Source of the DNA: a virus
DNA length: 64,000 bases
IMG/VR virus record: IMGVR_UViG_3300009163_000019
Strand: one strand, 5' to 3'
Part shown: piece after piece, positions 20,980-30,685 of the stretch
How positions within the stretch are numbered: the stretch's first letter is position 1
How the letters are laid out: the number at the start of each line of letters is the position of its first letter
Notes under the pieces: generated by a model
Told to the model about the DNA's origin: nothing
The model's database searches: none
The model's input: only the letters and a program-made list of their open reading frames with translations
Translations under genes and position numbers: made by a program

Positions 20980-21617
20980 ATTTTATTTATTTGTAGTTCT
21001 ACTTTACTTGCCATCAAATCTGCTTGATGTAGAATAAAAGCAATATTAGATCTTAATTCATTATCTTTATTATAGGTAATGTAGTAAGCTTTATTAGATT
21101 CCTCATATAAACCGTCATGAAGTTTAATAGCAAGATACTCATTTTGAGTTACTGGAACACCTGCTTTTTGAAGATAGAATAAACTCCTATCTGCAACTCT
21201 CATGTATGTTATATTAGGATTGTATTTATATATTGCTCCTTGTTTTTCTATATGCCATTGGGAATCATTAGGAAGATACATAGGTTCATCATTAGTTCCT
21301 AGCTTGCCTAGATCATGATTAATAGCTGAAAATACTAATTCTTCTGTACTATAATCTTTTTTCTGGCCAAATCTATCCCATACCTTTTCAAATACTAAAG
21401 AAGCCTCAACAACTCTTATAACATGATCAATATATCCACCAGCAAATGCATTATGATGATCTAATTTAGTAGATGCAGGAGAAGTAACTAATGTTTCTTC
21501 AATAGATTTATAAAAATCAATAAGTTTATCTTTTCTACTATCACTAATGTATTTTGTAATAATTGAATAGAACTTATTCAGATTTTCTAACATCTGTTCA
21601 GGTTGTAATTGTTTCAT
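20976..21617 (-). CDS. HD-domain phosphohydrolase (YhaM-like HD)
   Basis: PAS..HH.AF.GG..DH..V, HDLGK, AIKLHDG, LHQAD. Confidence 0.85.
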   Translation of the reverse strand: MKQLQPEQMLENLNKFYSIITKYISDSRKDKLIDFYKSIEETLVTSPASTKLDHHNAFAGGYIDHVIRVVEASLVFEKVWDRFGQKKDYSTEELVFSAINHDLGKLGTNDEPMYLPNDSQWHIEKQGAIYKYNPNITYMRVADRSLFYLQKAGVPVTQNEYLAIKLHDGLYEESNKAYYITYNKDNELRSNIAFILHQADLMASKVELQINKI

Positions 21618-21626
21618 AACTATTTT

Positions 21627-21806
21627 TTAAAATGAATCTTGCTCAGTATTAATTAAAACTTCTATTTCTTTTAGTTTAGTTTCTATTTTATCTATTTGAA
21701 CAGAAAACTCTTCTCTAGGTCTATTATCAGAAAGCATAGCTTTTTGAACATTTATAAAATTTGCTATCTCAAAAAACTTTTTTAAAATTAATTGTTTATT
21801 TCTCAT
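21627..21806 (-). CDS. Small hypothetical protein (59 aa)
   Basis: Manual translation MRNKQLILKKFFEIANF...INTEQDSF*; fills the operon gap. Confidence 0.6.
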   Translation of the reverse strand: MRNKQLILKKFFEIANFINVQKAMLSDNRPREEFSVQIDKIETKLKEIEVLINTEQDSF

Positions 21807-21810
21807 AATG

Positions 21811-22134
21811 CTAATTTAATTTATTTTTTATATAATGTAACATACTATCTATAGAGTGCATAGGAATTCCTGTTACTCCACCATCAAAATCTTTATATTT
21901 GCTAATCATTTCATAAGAATTAGCAATATATAAGATCTCTAGAATTCTATCTTCTTTATCTGTTATTAGTATCATAGGATATTCTTCGATACCAAGTAAA
22001 GTTTCTAATGAATCACATTGATTAGGATTATCTTCACAATTAGTAAATTTATAGATAATATTATTATTGGACAACTCTTTTTTTAATTTATTGCATCTAC
22101 TGCAATCTTGTAATGTTATCAATTGTATTTTCAT
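21811..22134 (-). CDS. Glutaredoxin/thioredoxin-fold protein
   Basis: CSRC motif near the N-terminus and a cis-Pro-type YPMI motif. Confidence 0.75.
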   Translation of the reverse strand: MKIQLITLQDCSRCNKLKKELSNNNIIYKFTNCEDNPNQCDSLETLLGIEEYPMILITDKEDRILEILYIANSYEMISKYKDFDGGVTGIPMHSIDSMLHYIKNKLN

Positions 22135-22301
22135 GTATCTATATCATTAAATTCATTATCTATTTTTTCCATTATCAAATACCATGCTTTTTTTTCGTCT
22201 TCTTCCATAGAATCATAATTCATAGACAAATATATATATAAAGCTTGTAATTGATCTTCTGTTAATTTATTTCCTTCTATTTCTATATCTTCTATTTTCA
22301 T
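22131..22301 (-). CDS. Small acidic hypothetical protein (56 aa)
   Basis: Manual translation MKIEDIEIEGNKLTEDQLQALYIYL...DIDT*; ATGA overlap with the glutaredoxin gene. Confidence 0.6.
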   Translation of the reverse strand: MKIEDIEIEGNKLTEDQLQALYIYLSMNYDSMEEDEKKAWYLIMEKIDNEFNDIDT

Positions 22302-22565
22302 AATAGGCTAGTTTAAAGGTATTAGGCCTTTATTTAGAGTAGGATTGACTTTGTTTTTCATTGATAGTTTATATTTAAAACCCTTTAGCGGACTAAACCG
22401 TCGGATATTGCCGATATTATTTTAAAACTTATTTATCAATTTTATTTATATACCTGAAGCATTATGCTTAGTCTTAGCTCCTGGTAGCCAATTTATTACT
22501 TATTCTAAAACTCACTCATGGAATTTAACCAAGCTATGGTATAGAACCTAAGTATATGGCATTAA
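22302..22565 (-). ncRNA. Candidate structured leader / non-coding RNA
   Basis: Largest non-coding stretch in the window. Several minus-strand hairpins: AAGCA-taa-TGCTT, TCGG-caatat-CCGA, CGG-tttagt-CCG, AAAGG-cctaata-CCTTT. Confidence 0.3.
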
Positions 22566-22570
22566 TACAA

Positions 22571-22650
22571 CTAATATACAACAAATAATTGAAATAAAAA
22601 AATTTATTTTGATAAATATTTTTTTATATGGTTTTTTTATCTTATATTAG
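22571..22650. promoter_or_regulatory. Back-to-back divergent class-I promoters
   Basis: Minus strand: TAAATTTTTTTATTTCAA-N10-TATATTAG. Plus strand: TTTTTTTATATGGT-N10-TATATTAG. Both resemble the Bacteroidota -7 element TAnnTTTG. Confidence 0.6.
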
Positions 22651-22654
22651 TATA

Positions 22655-23584
22655 ATGGAGAATGAACTTTTAGTTTTAGGTTTATTAGAATCTGTCCTTG
22701 GTAAAGGAAAAGGATCAAAAACAACCATGGACTATGCTTTTTATTGCCCAGTTTGTAAACATAAGAATCCTAAACTTATTGTTAATATCAAATCTGGACA
22801 GTATAATTGCTGGACATGCCATCCACCTACTAAAGGTAAAACACCAGTATCACTTTTTAAAAAAATAGATGCTCCAAATGACAGGCTATTAGAAATGAAG
22901 AGCTATTTTAAAGGAGATAATACCAAGATTGATACCACAAAATCAGATAAAGTAACCTTACCAGAAGAATTTATATCTTTATCTAATCCAGATAAAACAT
23001 TAGAGACTAGACATGCATTATCTTACATAAAGAAAAGAGGAATTACAGAAAATGATATTAAAAAATATGGAATAGGGTATTGTAAGACCGGAAGATATAG
23101 AAACAGAATAATAGTTCCATCTTATGATAAATCAGGAGTCTTAAATTATTTTATTGCTAGATCATTTGAATCTGATCCTAGTAGAAAATATGATGCTCCT
23201 ACATGTAATAAGACAGAAATAATTGGATTAGAGTATTTTATTAATTGGTCCGTTCCTGTTATTCTTTGTGAAGGAATATTTGATGCAATATCTATTAAAA
23301 GAAATGCTATTCCTTTATTTGGTAAGACGATTACTAAGTCACTAATGATGAAATTAGTAGAATCTGAAGTAAAAACTATATATTTAGCATTAGACAAAGA
23401 TGCTTTAAAAGAAGCTCTTGAATATTCTCAAAATCTTTTAAATCTAGGTAAAGAAGTTTATCTAATTGAACTAGAAGGGAAAGATCCTTCTGATCTTGGT
23501 TTTAATAATATGACTAAGTTACTACATAAAGCGAAGCCACTATCATTTAGTGATCTACTTCTTAAAAAAATCCAATTATTATGA
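22655..23584 (+). CDS. DNA primase (zinc-binding domain + TOPRIM)
   Basis: CPVC..H...YNCWTC, RIIVP, CEGIFDA, LALDKDA, KDPSD. Probable start ATG 22655. Confidence 0.9.
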   Translation: MENELLVLGLLESVLGKGKGSKTTMDYAFYCPVCKHKNPKLIVNIKSGQYNCWTCHPPTKGKTPVSLFKKIDAPNDRLLEMKSYFKGDNTKIDTTKSDKVTLPEEFISLSNPDKTLETRHALSYIKKRGITENDIKKYGIGYCKTGRYRNRIIVPSYDKSGVLNYFIARSFESDPSRKYDAPTCNKTEIIGLEYFINWSVPVILCEGIFDAISIKRNAIPLFGKTITKSLMMKLVESEVKTIYLALDKDALKEALEYSQNLLNLGKEVYLIELEGKDPSDLGFNNMTKLLHKAKPLSFSDLLLKKIQLL

Positions 23585-24375
23585 TTGAGCAATCAAAAAA
23601 TATCTATAAAGATAATTTCTTAAGAAGAATTGTCGAGACCGACCCAGAATTGAGACAGATAACTTTACACGATTCAAGATATTATCAAAGATCCCCAGGA
23701 GTTTTTTATCCATCTGTTACTACAATTTTAAGTTATTTTCCTAAGGGACATTTTTTTGAAACATGGATTAAGGATGTCGGGCATAATTCTGATATTATTA
23801 TGAGGCGCGCAGGTGATGAAGGTACACAAGTGCATACAGCGATTGAAAAATATCTTAGAGGTGAAAGTATTAGGTGGATTGAATCTGACGGAAGAGTTAA
23901 TTATAGTACCCACGTATGGAAAATGATACTCGGATTTGTAGATTTTTGGAGTAGGTATAAACCAACATTATTGCTTTCAGAAGAATTTATGTATTCAGAT
24001 ACCCACAAATACTCTGGAACCCTAGATCTTTTAGTAGATATTGAAGGCAAAAAGTGGTTACTTGATATTAAAACATCAAATAATATACATGAAAGCTATC
24101 ATTTACAAATGTCAGCGTACACAAAAGCTTATGAGGAAAAATACCTTCAAAAAGTAGATAATAATGGAATTATTTGGTTAAAATCAACTAAAAGAGGCCC
24201 GGATAAATATGGTAAAAAGATGCAGGGAGCTGGATGGGAAATTATTGAAGGTAAAAAAACAGTAGATGAATACTTCCAAATGTTTCTGCATACTTATGAA
24301 ACCTATAAAATAATGCATCCTGAACAAGATATAGAACTACTTACTCTTCCAAACACAGTTAAACTTTCTGATTAA
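23581..24375 (+). CDS. PD-(D/E)XK exonuclease (Cas4/lambda-exo-like)
   Basis: YPSVTTIL, GTQVH, YSGTLDL, LDIKTS, LQMSAY. Confidence 0.85.
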   Translation: MIEQSKNIYKDNFLRRIVETDPELRQITLHDSRYYQRSPGVFYPSVTTILSYFPKGHFFETWIKDVGHNSDIIMRRAGDEGTQVHTAIEKYLRGESIRWIESDGRVNYSTHVWKMILGFVDFWSRYKPTLLLSEEFMYSDTHKYSGTLDLLVDIEGKKWLLDIKTSNNIHESYHLQMSAYTKAYEEKYLQKVDNNGIIWLKSTKRGPDKYGKKMQGAGWEIIEGKKTVDEYFQMFLHTYETYKIMHPEQDIELLTLPNTVKLSD

Positions 24376-24383
24376 TATTTATA
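24375..24383 (+). promoter_or_regulatory. Class-II (putative late) promoter ATATTTATA; representative of ~20 copies
   Basis: Recurs in sense orientation just upstream of structural genes. The full list is in findings. Confidence 0.65.
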
Positions 24384-24389
24384 GGTAGT

Positions 24390-25175
24390 ATGATAAAGCT
24401 ACTAGATATATTAAAAGAGGTAAAATCTCAAAAAAAAGCCATTATTATGGCTGGAGGTGCTGGAGCAGGTAAATCAACATTTGTAAAACAGATCAGACCA
24501 GACCTTAAAAGTAATAACTGGATTGAATTAAACGCAGATAAATACATTGAGGATAAAGATAGCCCTATGTATAATAATTTAGGCAAGGCTTCTTCATATA
24601 TAGATAAACAAGAATTACCACAAACTGTAAATAAAGGGCAAAATTTCCTTTATGATACTACAGGAGCAAATCCAAGTAAAATACAGAATATAGTAGATTC
24701 TGGTTACGATACTATGATGGTCATGGTATATACTAGTCCAATTGTTAGTTTTCTTCGCAACTTTAAAAGGGAAAGAAAGGTTCCAACAGTTGGAGTATTA
24801 ACTAGCTGGAATAGTGTATATAAAAATCTTTCTACATATAAGCAAATGTTCGGAGATAAATTTTATCTTGTGGAAACAGGATTAACTCCAGAGGAAGCAA
24901 AAATGGTAGAACGATTTAATCAAGCATATAATTCTGGAGAATTAAAGCAATTTTTTGAGTCCTTACTAAAATCCGGAGAGTTTAAGTCTACATTTAGAAA
25001 TGATCCGGCTAAACAAAAAACTCCTGAAGAGATAGCTAAATCAAAAGAATTAGTAGATAGACAAATAGATATACTATCTGATCAATTTGATGATATAGAA
25101 TCTCAAGTAAAATCTTTAGGCAGTTCTGATATATCAAATGTTGTGAGTAAAGTAAAATCATTTATAAAATCATGA
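24390..25175 (+). CDS. P-loop kinase (zeta-toxin/AAA_33-like) with MIKLLDILKE leader
   Basis: MAGGAGAGKST, LNAD, YDTTG, RNFKRERKVP. Confidence 0.8.
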   Translation: MIKLLDILKEVKSQKKAIIMAGGAGAGKSTFVKQIRPDLKSNNWIELNADKYIEDKDSPMYNNLGKASSYIDKQELPQTVNKGQNFLYDTTGANPSKIQNIVDSGYDTMMVMVYTSPIVSFLRNFKRERKVPTVGVLTSWNSVYKNLSTYKQMFGDKFYLVETGLTPEEAKMVERFNQAYNSGELKQFFESLLKSGEFKSTFRNDPAKQKTPEEIAKSKELVDRQIDILSDQFDDIESQVKSLGSSDISNVVSKVKSFIKS

Positions 25176-25762
25176 TGAATTTTGATCACATAGGAAGACA
25201 GATCGTTGAAGATCTATTAAGAGAAGGAAGTCCTGATGTAGGACCTTGTTTTTTTCCTGGTAAATTTAAGCCTCCTCATAAAGGACATTTTGAAGCCGCT
25301 AAATACTTAGCTTCCCTAAATTATATTAATATAGTATATGTAATTATATCTAATGTAACTAAATTTGGAATAACTTCAGAAGATTCTCTTTATATTTGGC
25401 AAGAATATCTTAAAGCTGAGCCAAATCCTAAAATAAAAGTATCAATATCTAAAGAATCAACTCCTATAAAAGATATATTTGCTTTCATGGCCGATAATCC
25501 AGATGTTAATCCAATATACGTTGCAGGCGGAGAAGAAGAGGTAGAAGGAATAGGGTATTTTGATAGTATTCAAAAAAGATATCCTAATAGAGTAAGAAAA
25601 GAAGTCATACCTGCTCAATTTGAAAGAATAAGAGCGACAGATATGAGAGCCGTAGTTAAAACTGGTAACTTTGAAGAGTTTGCTAAGTTTATTCCTGATG
25701 CAGCATATAATAAAGGTGTTGCTAAAGACGTATTTGGTCGTCTTATTAAAATAATAAAATGA
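25172..25762 (+). CDS. HIGH-family nucleotidyltransferase (cytidylyltransferase/NMNAT-like)
   Basis: FPGKFKPPHKGH motif and an I(R)ATDMR variant of ISAT. Confidence 0.8.
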   Translation: MMNFDHIGRQIVEDLLREGSPDVGPCFFPGKFKPPHKGHFEAAKYLASLNYINIVYVIISNVTKFGITSEDSLYIWQEYLKAEPNPKIKVSISKESTPIKDIFAFMADNPDVNPIYVAGGEEEVEGIGYFDSIQKRYPNRVRKEVIPAQFERIRATDMRAVVKTGNFEEFAKFIPDAAYNKGVAKDVFGRLIKIIK

Positions 25763-26673
25763 CAGAAGATTTAAAAAAGCAAATTATAGAGGAGTTTATA
25801 CAGTATTGCAAATCTGTATTAAAAATAGATAGTCTACCGCCTATCCAATTTACTAATGATAGAGCTTGGGCAGTAGAAAGGCATAGTTTTGGAGAGTATG
25901 ATCCAAATAAAAACACTCTTTTTGTTTATATAGGTAATAGGAATCTGGCAGACATACTCAGAACACTAGGTCATGAGTTAGTACACCATAAACAAAATGA
26001 ACTTGGAGTATTAGAAAATGGATCTGGCCAAACAGGTTCAGAAATAGAGAATGAAGCTAATTCAATAGCAGGTGTTTTGATGCGAAATTATGGTAAAGCT
26101 AATGAACTTATATATGAGATCAAGACTCCTAGCCTAAAAGACATTTATGAAGAGGAGAAAGTATCTAGATTAAAGATATACTGCGATATGGATGGAGTCC
26201 TTTGTGATTTTGATAAAAGATTTGAGGATTTTTATAATGTATCTCCTTCAGAATATAGAAAAAAGTATACTCCAGAAAAATCAAATGAATACTTAACCAA
26301 TGCAGTAGACGAAGCTGGTGTTCAATTCTGGTCTAAAATGCCATGGATGCCAGGAGGAAAAGAATTATGGGATAAAATATCTCCATATAATCCATCTATA
26401 ATTACTAGTCCTGGTAATTTTAAATTTGCAATAGAAGGTAAAAATATTTGGATTAAAGAAAATCTATCTCCACAACCAAAAAATGTATTTTTTGCTAAAG
26501 CTGGAAATAAACATCTAGTAATATCCAATAAACCAGAATCAGAAATCAAAAATTCAATTCTAATTGATGATTATTTTTCAAATATAGCCCCTTGGAAACA
26601 ATTAGGAGGCATAGGAATCATGCACAAATCATTTGAAGGAACAAATAGTATACTAAATAAATTTAAGTTATAA
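25759..26673 (+). CDS. Fusion: zincin-like HExxH domain + HAD 5'(3')-nucleotidase-like domain
   Basis: TLGHELVHHKQ...ENEAN; IYCDMDGVLCDF...GK..W...ILIDD. Confidence 0.8.
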   Translation: MTEDLKKQIIEEFIQYCKSVLKIDSLPPIQFTNDRAWAVERHSFGEYDPNKNTLFVYIGNRNLADILRTLGHELVHHKQNELGVLENGSGQTGSEIENEANSIAGVLMRNYGKANELIYEIKTPSLKDIYEEEKVSRLKIYCDMDGVLCDFDKRFEDFYNVSPSEYRKKYTPEKSNEYLTNAVDEAGVQFWSKMPWMPGGKELWDKISPYNPSIITSPGNFKFAIEGKNIWIKENLSPQPKNVFFAKAGNKHLVISNKPESEIKNSILIDDYFSNIAPWKQLGGIGIMHKSFEGTNSILNKFKL

Positions 26674-26683
26674 TAAAATAGTT

Positions 26684-27259
26684 ATGGAAGAGAAACAGTC
26701 TATGAAAAAGGAGTTCTCAAAAAAGGACGTCCAAAGAATGAGAAATATTATCACAGGAAAAACTGGAGATAAGACACAAATCCTAACAGGATGGGAAAAA
26801 AAACAAGCAGATCATAAAGAAGGAGATGTTTGGGAAGAGCTAGGACGCTCTTGGACTATTAAAAATGGTATTAAACAAACACTAACTAAATTAGATGGTT
26901 TTAAAAAGTTAGTAGTATTACCATTATGTTGTCCTAGATGTTCTAAGCCAATGAAAGCTAGCGATCTTAATAAAAAAATGTACTCTATATATAGTACTTG
27001 TTTTAATTGTGCAATTGATATTGAAGCAGAAATGAAAAAACAAGGTACTTTTGAAGATTATGAAAAGAAAATGATCAATGCAAATAAAAACGCAAGCTTA
27101 GAAGACTTTGAAAGAGCCGTTGATCAGTGGTTATTAGACAAAGATACCTTTGTAAGTGAGGCCGGAGATGTAGAAAGTTGGCAAGGTGGAGATAAGACAA
27201 AGATATATCAGGAAATCAAAGCTAACTTGGATAAACTAAAGAATACCGATATTTATTAG
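26684..27259 (+). CDS. Hypothetical protein with a CxxC...CxxC zinc site
   Basis: CPRC...CFNC. Confidence 0.55.
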   Translation: MEEKQSMKKEFSKKDVQRMRNIITGKTGDKTQILTGWEKKQADHKEGDVWEELGRSWTIKNGIKQTLTKLDGFKKLVVLPLCCPRCSKPMKASDLNKKMYSIYSTCFNCAIDIEAEMKKQGTFEDYEKKMINANKNASLEDFERAVDQWLLDKDTFVSEAGDVESWQGGDKTKIYQEIKANLDKLKNTDIY

Positions 27260-27280
27260 CAAATTATAAAGACTTATATA

Positions 27281-28111
27281 ATGAGTAATCTATCAGAAAA
27301 AGCTGTATCAAAAAATCAACAACAGTTAATGGGCATAGTTCATGCTCTACAAACAGGAGATAAAAAACCTTCACAAGCATCAGGTAAAGCAAAAAAATTA
27401 GCTAAATCAATGGATCCAGAAGCTGTAACAGACTATGCATCTACTAAACATAAAGGACTTAAAGATAAAGTAAAGAAAGAAAACTTAGATGGCGCACTTG
27501 CAACAGTATATATGGTTAAAAAGCCTTATGCTGGATGTCAATTGACTTCTTTAGTAGAACCAATTGATCCTCTATTAGGTATAGGAGTTGGTCATGAGAT
27601 CGTTCCTGATGAAGTTCATGGAGTTTATGCTGATCAAGATCAAGCAGATGTAGTAGCTAGTGAACTTTATGAAGCCTATTGTGAAAAAGAAAGTATGCTT
27701 GAAGAGAAAAAAGGCCAAGTTGGAGATAAAATTAAAAAAGCTATTGATCAACTAGAGAAAAAACATAAAGAACATATCAATTTAGCAAAAGAAGACCCAA
27801 AAAATGCTTCTAAACATAAAGAACATATTGCTAAAATAGCTCATCAGATTGATGATCTTATGACTAAGTTAGAAAAGATAGAAAAGTCTAAGAAAGAAAT
27901 TAAAAAAGATGAAGACAAAAAAAGCTTAAAAGAAAGTAAGTTTACCGCAGAAATGGGTAAAACGCTAAGCGGTGATACAACAGTAATAGTAAAAAAAGAT
28001 GGTAAAGTATTATCAGCTGATGAACAGCGTGAACTTTCTGATAAAGAAAGACAAGAAATATCAATACTTAAGCAAGCAGCTGTAGAAAAAGGTAGATGGA
28101 AATCTAAATAA
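27281..28111 (+). CDS. Hypothetical multi-domain protein (putative head-internal)
   Basis: Basic N-terminal AVSKNQQQLMG...ASTKHKGL module plus a coiled coil. Confidence 0.5.
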   Translation: MSNLSEKAVSKNQQQLMGIVHALQTGDKKPSQASGKAKKLAKSMDPEAVTDYASTKHKGLKDKVKKENLDGALATVYMVKKPYAGCQLTSLVEPIDPLLGIGVGHEIVPDEVHGVYADQDQADVVASELYEAYCEKESMLEEKKGQVGDKIKKAIDQLEKKHKEHINLAKEDPKNASKHKEHIAKIAHQIDDLMTKLEKIEKSKKEIKKDEDKKSLKESKFTAEMGKTLSGDTTVIVKKDGKVLSADEQRELSDKERQEISILKQAAVEKGRWKSK

Positions 28112-28123
28112 AAAAATAAAATA

Positions 28124-28486
28124 ATGGAACCATACGCACTATTTATAGGAACTTTATTTCAATCTAGAAATCAAGCCCACATATATCATTTACAAACTCC
28201 TTCTTTTGCAGCACATAAAGCTCTACAAGAGTATTATGAAGAGATTATTGAGTTAGCTGATGGACTAGTTGAATCTTATCAAGGTAGATATGGTATTCTT
28301 CGTGGATATAAAATGGAAAATGCTATTAAAGAAGACGATAATCCTGTAATGTATTTTGATGCACTATCTAAATTTGTAGAAGTAATTAGAACAAAGGTTC
28401 CTCAAGATTCTTATATTCAAAATGAGATTGACAATGTAGTTGGTCTTATTGAATCAACTAAATATAAGCTTAAATTTTTACACTAA
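28124..28486 (+). CDS. Ferritin/Dps-like four-helix protein
   Basis: H.YHLQT.SFAAHKAL..YYE....AD.LVESYQG...NEID. Confidence 0.7.
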   Translation: MEPYALFIGTLFQSRNQAHIYHLQTPSFAAHKALQEYYEEIIELADGLVESYQGRYGILRGYKMENAIKEDDNPVMYFDALSKFVEVIRTKVPQDSYIQNEIDNVVGLIESTKYKLKFLH

Positions 28487-28755
28487 TGAATATTAATGAG
28501 ATCAAACAATTTCAGAAATTAGCTGGAATAAATGAAGAAACTATTAATGTAGTTGATTCTGTTCCTGAATTACAGAAAAAGTTAAAAGACTTAGCAGTTC
28601 AAATTCCAAAAATAAAAGGAATTGATGTAGCTGAGGTTAAAAACATCAGCGCCTTATTAGATGCTATAGTTTCTAAATTAGGAAAAGGATCTGTAGGAAA
28701 TGCTGAAAAAGCAGCTCTTGATGTATTTAATAAAAGAACAAGTAATCTTGGATAA
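28486..28755 (+). CDS. Hypothetical protein with a QKLAGINE leader
   Basis: ORF track. Confidence 0.5.
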   Translation: MNINEIKQFQKLAGINEETINVVDSVPELQKKLKDLAVQIPKIKGIDVAEVKNISALLDAIVSKLGKGSVGNAEKAALDVFNKRTSNLG

Positions 28756-29486
28756 TGGCTGAATTAAATACATATGGTGATTTAAAAAAAGTTATTAAAG
28801 CTATCTCTCTTAAACAAAAAGGAGAGAAGATAGGCTCTATAGCTTTAGATACCATAATTGGATTTATACCAGGAGCAGATGCTGCTAGAACAACTTTTGA
28901 TTTTATAAAAGCGGCTATTTCAAAACCAGATAATAAAAAAACAAAAACTTGGTTAGATAGATTAGATATAGATGATGAAATGTCAGCAATTGTTGATGAT
29001 ACTGTTGAAAATGGATTCATGCAAATGATGGCCAAAACTATAGAAGCAGAACCGGATGATAAACCATTAGAGCCAGATTTTAATATGAATGCTAAAATGG
29101 TTGATTATTTAAAAGAAAAATACGAAGGAAGAACAATATACGGAATTAAAGAAGAAATAAATATTAAAGAAGAACTTAATGAAGGTGAATTCTGTCCTCA
29201 ATGCTTAGCTCAATATATAAGAGATAATATTAACACATTAAATGAAGCTAAGTATCAAGGCAGAACAGTACAGTTAGGAAAGCCAATGGCCGGGGATGTT
29301 AAGAAGTTTAAGGTATATGTTAAGAATGATAAAGGAAATGTGGTTAAGGTTAACTTTGGTCAGAAGGGAGTAAAGATAAAGAAGAATAATCCTGCAAGAA
29401 GGAAGAGTTTCAGAGCAAGACATCATTGTGATACTAACCCAGGACCTCGTTGGAAAGCTAGATATTGGAGTTGTAGAAAATGGTAA
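28755..29486 (+). CDS. Hypothetical protein with a basic C-terminal module
   Basis: KKFKVYVK..GNVVKVNFG...RRKSFRARHHC...ARYWSC..W. Confidence 0.55.
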   Translation: MAELNTYGDLKKVIKAISLKQKGEKIGSIALDTIIGFIPGADAARTTFDFIKAAISKPDNKKTKTWLDRLDIDDEMSAIVDDTVENGFMQMMAKTIEAEPDDKPLEPDFNMNAKMVDYLKEKYEGRTIYGIKEEINIKEELNEGEFCPQCLAQYIRDNINTLNEAKYQGRTVQLGKPMAGDVKKFKVYVKNDKGNVVKVNFGQKGVKIKKNNPARRKSFRARHHCDTNPGPRWKARYWSCRKW

Positions 29487-30124
29487 AAGATAAAGAAATA
29501 TATTGTAAGAATTGCCCTCATCATTGGAAGTTATCTGATGGAGGAAAAGATCCTTATACCTGTCATAAATGTAATTATAATAATAAAGAAATGAAATTAA
29601 CAGAAATAATGAAAGAGATGGCTAAGACTGATATTCACTTTCAGAATATAGTTAATACTTTTGTTAATAGTGATAATCACACTAAGAAAAATATTGCTAA
29701 GTATGTATCAGGACAACCCCATCTAGATCTTGATAAATTAGAATATGATCTATTACATTTAGATTATGACGATGTCATAGAGATTGAAAATGAGTTAGGT
29801 ATTTATGCTTTAGAAGAAGCCTGCTGGGATGGATATAGAAAAGATGGAATGAAAAAGGGAAGGAAAGGAAACATGGTTCCTAACTGTGTTAGAGTAGGAG
29901 AGGCTAAAAAGACAGGTGAAGTTAATCCTGCATATCTTACTAAAGATGCAGCAGAAATGAAAAAAGATATAAAAACAAGAAAGAATTTAAAGTCGGATGA
30001 TCCCGCAGCTTATGGAAAATGGGATGCAGACTATTCTGATAAAGCTATGACTAAAAAGTATAAGACTAGAAAATCTGCGGCCACTGTTGCATATGAAAAA
30101 AGATTTGGTAAAAAAGAAAAGTAA
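29480..30124 (+). CDS. Hypothetical modular protein (Zn ribbon; CWDGY...VPNCV module)
   Basis: ORF track and motifs. Confidence 0.5.
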   Translation: MVKDKEIYCKNCPHHWKLSDGGKDPYTCHKCNYNNKEMKLTEIMKEMAKTDIHFQNIVNTFVNSDNHTKKNIAKYVSGQPHLDLDKLEYDLLHLDYDDVIEIENELGIYALEEACWDGYRKDGMKKGRKGNMVPNCVRVGEAKKTGEVNPAYLTKDAAEMKKDIKTRKNLKSDDPAAYGKWDADYSDKAMTKKYKTRKSAATVAYEKRFGKKEK

Positions 30125-30396
30125 TGAAGCTACAAGAACTATTACAACAGTTAGTTGAAGAAAGGTTAAAGTTTCATCATTCTAATGCACCAGATGCAAA
30201 AGGTAAGTTCAAAGAGTTGCCAGCAGAAAAGTTAGCAAATTGGTTGATAAGGACAAGAAAAGGTAAGATGAGTAAAATAACAGGCTCATTAAATCAACAA
30301 GCTAATTTTAATCGTAAAGATGATCCTGCTTATGCAAGGAAGATGGATAGGACTCGTGAAATAGTTAAAAATAAACTAGATAAAAAAAAGAAATAA
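30124..30396 (+). CDS. Small basic hypothetical protein
   Basis: ORF track; MKLQELLQQLVEE leader. Confidence 0.5.
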   Translation: MKLQELLQQLVEERLKFHHSNAPDAKGKFKELPAEKLANWLIRTRKGKMSKITGSLNQQANFNRKDDPAYARKMDRTREIVKNKLDKKKK

Positions 30397-30683
30397 TGAT
30401 TACCAATTTAGATATCTTAAAAAAGATACTTATTCTTGAGTATGATGCTGAAGTAGAAAAGGCCTTAGCAAATAAAGCTAAGTCTACTGGTATATCTAAA
30501 ACAATATTAAAAAGCGTATATACTAAAGGCTTAGCCGCATGGAAAACAGGCCATCGCCCAGGAGCTGGTCAACATCAATGGGGAATGGGGCGAGTTAATT
30601 CTTTTGTAACAGGAAAAGGTGGAGCTAGAAAAGCAGATGCTAAATTATGGAAAACAGCAAGTAAATCAAAAAAGAAAAAATAA
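30396..30683 (+). CDS. Small basic viral protein
   Basis: KAKSTGIS..ILKSVY.KGLAAW.TGHRPG...QWG.GRVNSF module. Confidence 0.55.
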   Translation: MITNLDILKKILILEYDAEVEKALANKAKSTGISKTILKSVYTKGLAAWKTGHRPGAGQHQWGMGRVNSFVTGKGGARKADAKLWKTASKSKKKK

Positions 30684-30685
30684 AA

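Noticed and set aside
22302-22570. tRNA or tmRNA in the intergenic gap
   Set aside because: No cloverleaf with a T-loop GTTCRA or a CCA end could be found by eye.
23581-24375. Cas4 as part of a CRISPR system
   Set aside because: No array or other cas genes. It is a stand-alone phage exonuclease next to primase.
24390-25175. Zeta toxin-antitoxin module
   Set aside because: Only the kinase fold is evident. There is no epsilon-like partner, and the context is a late operon.
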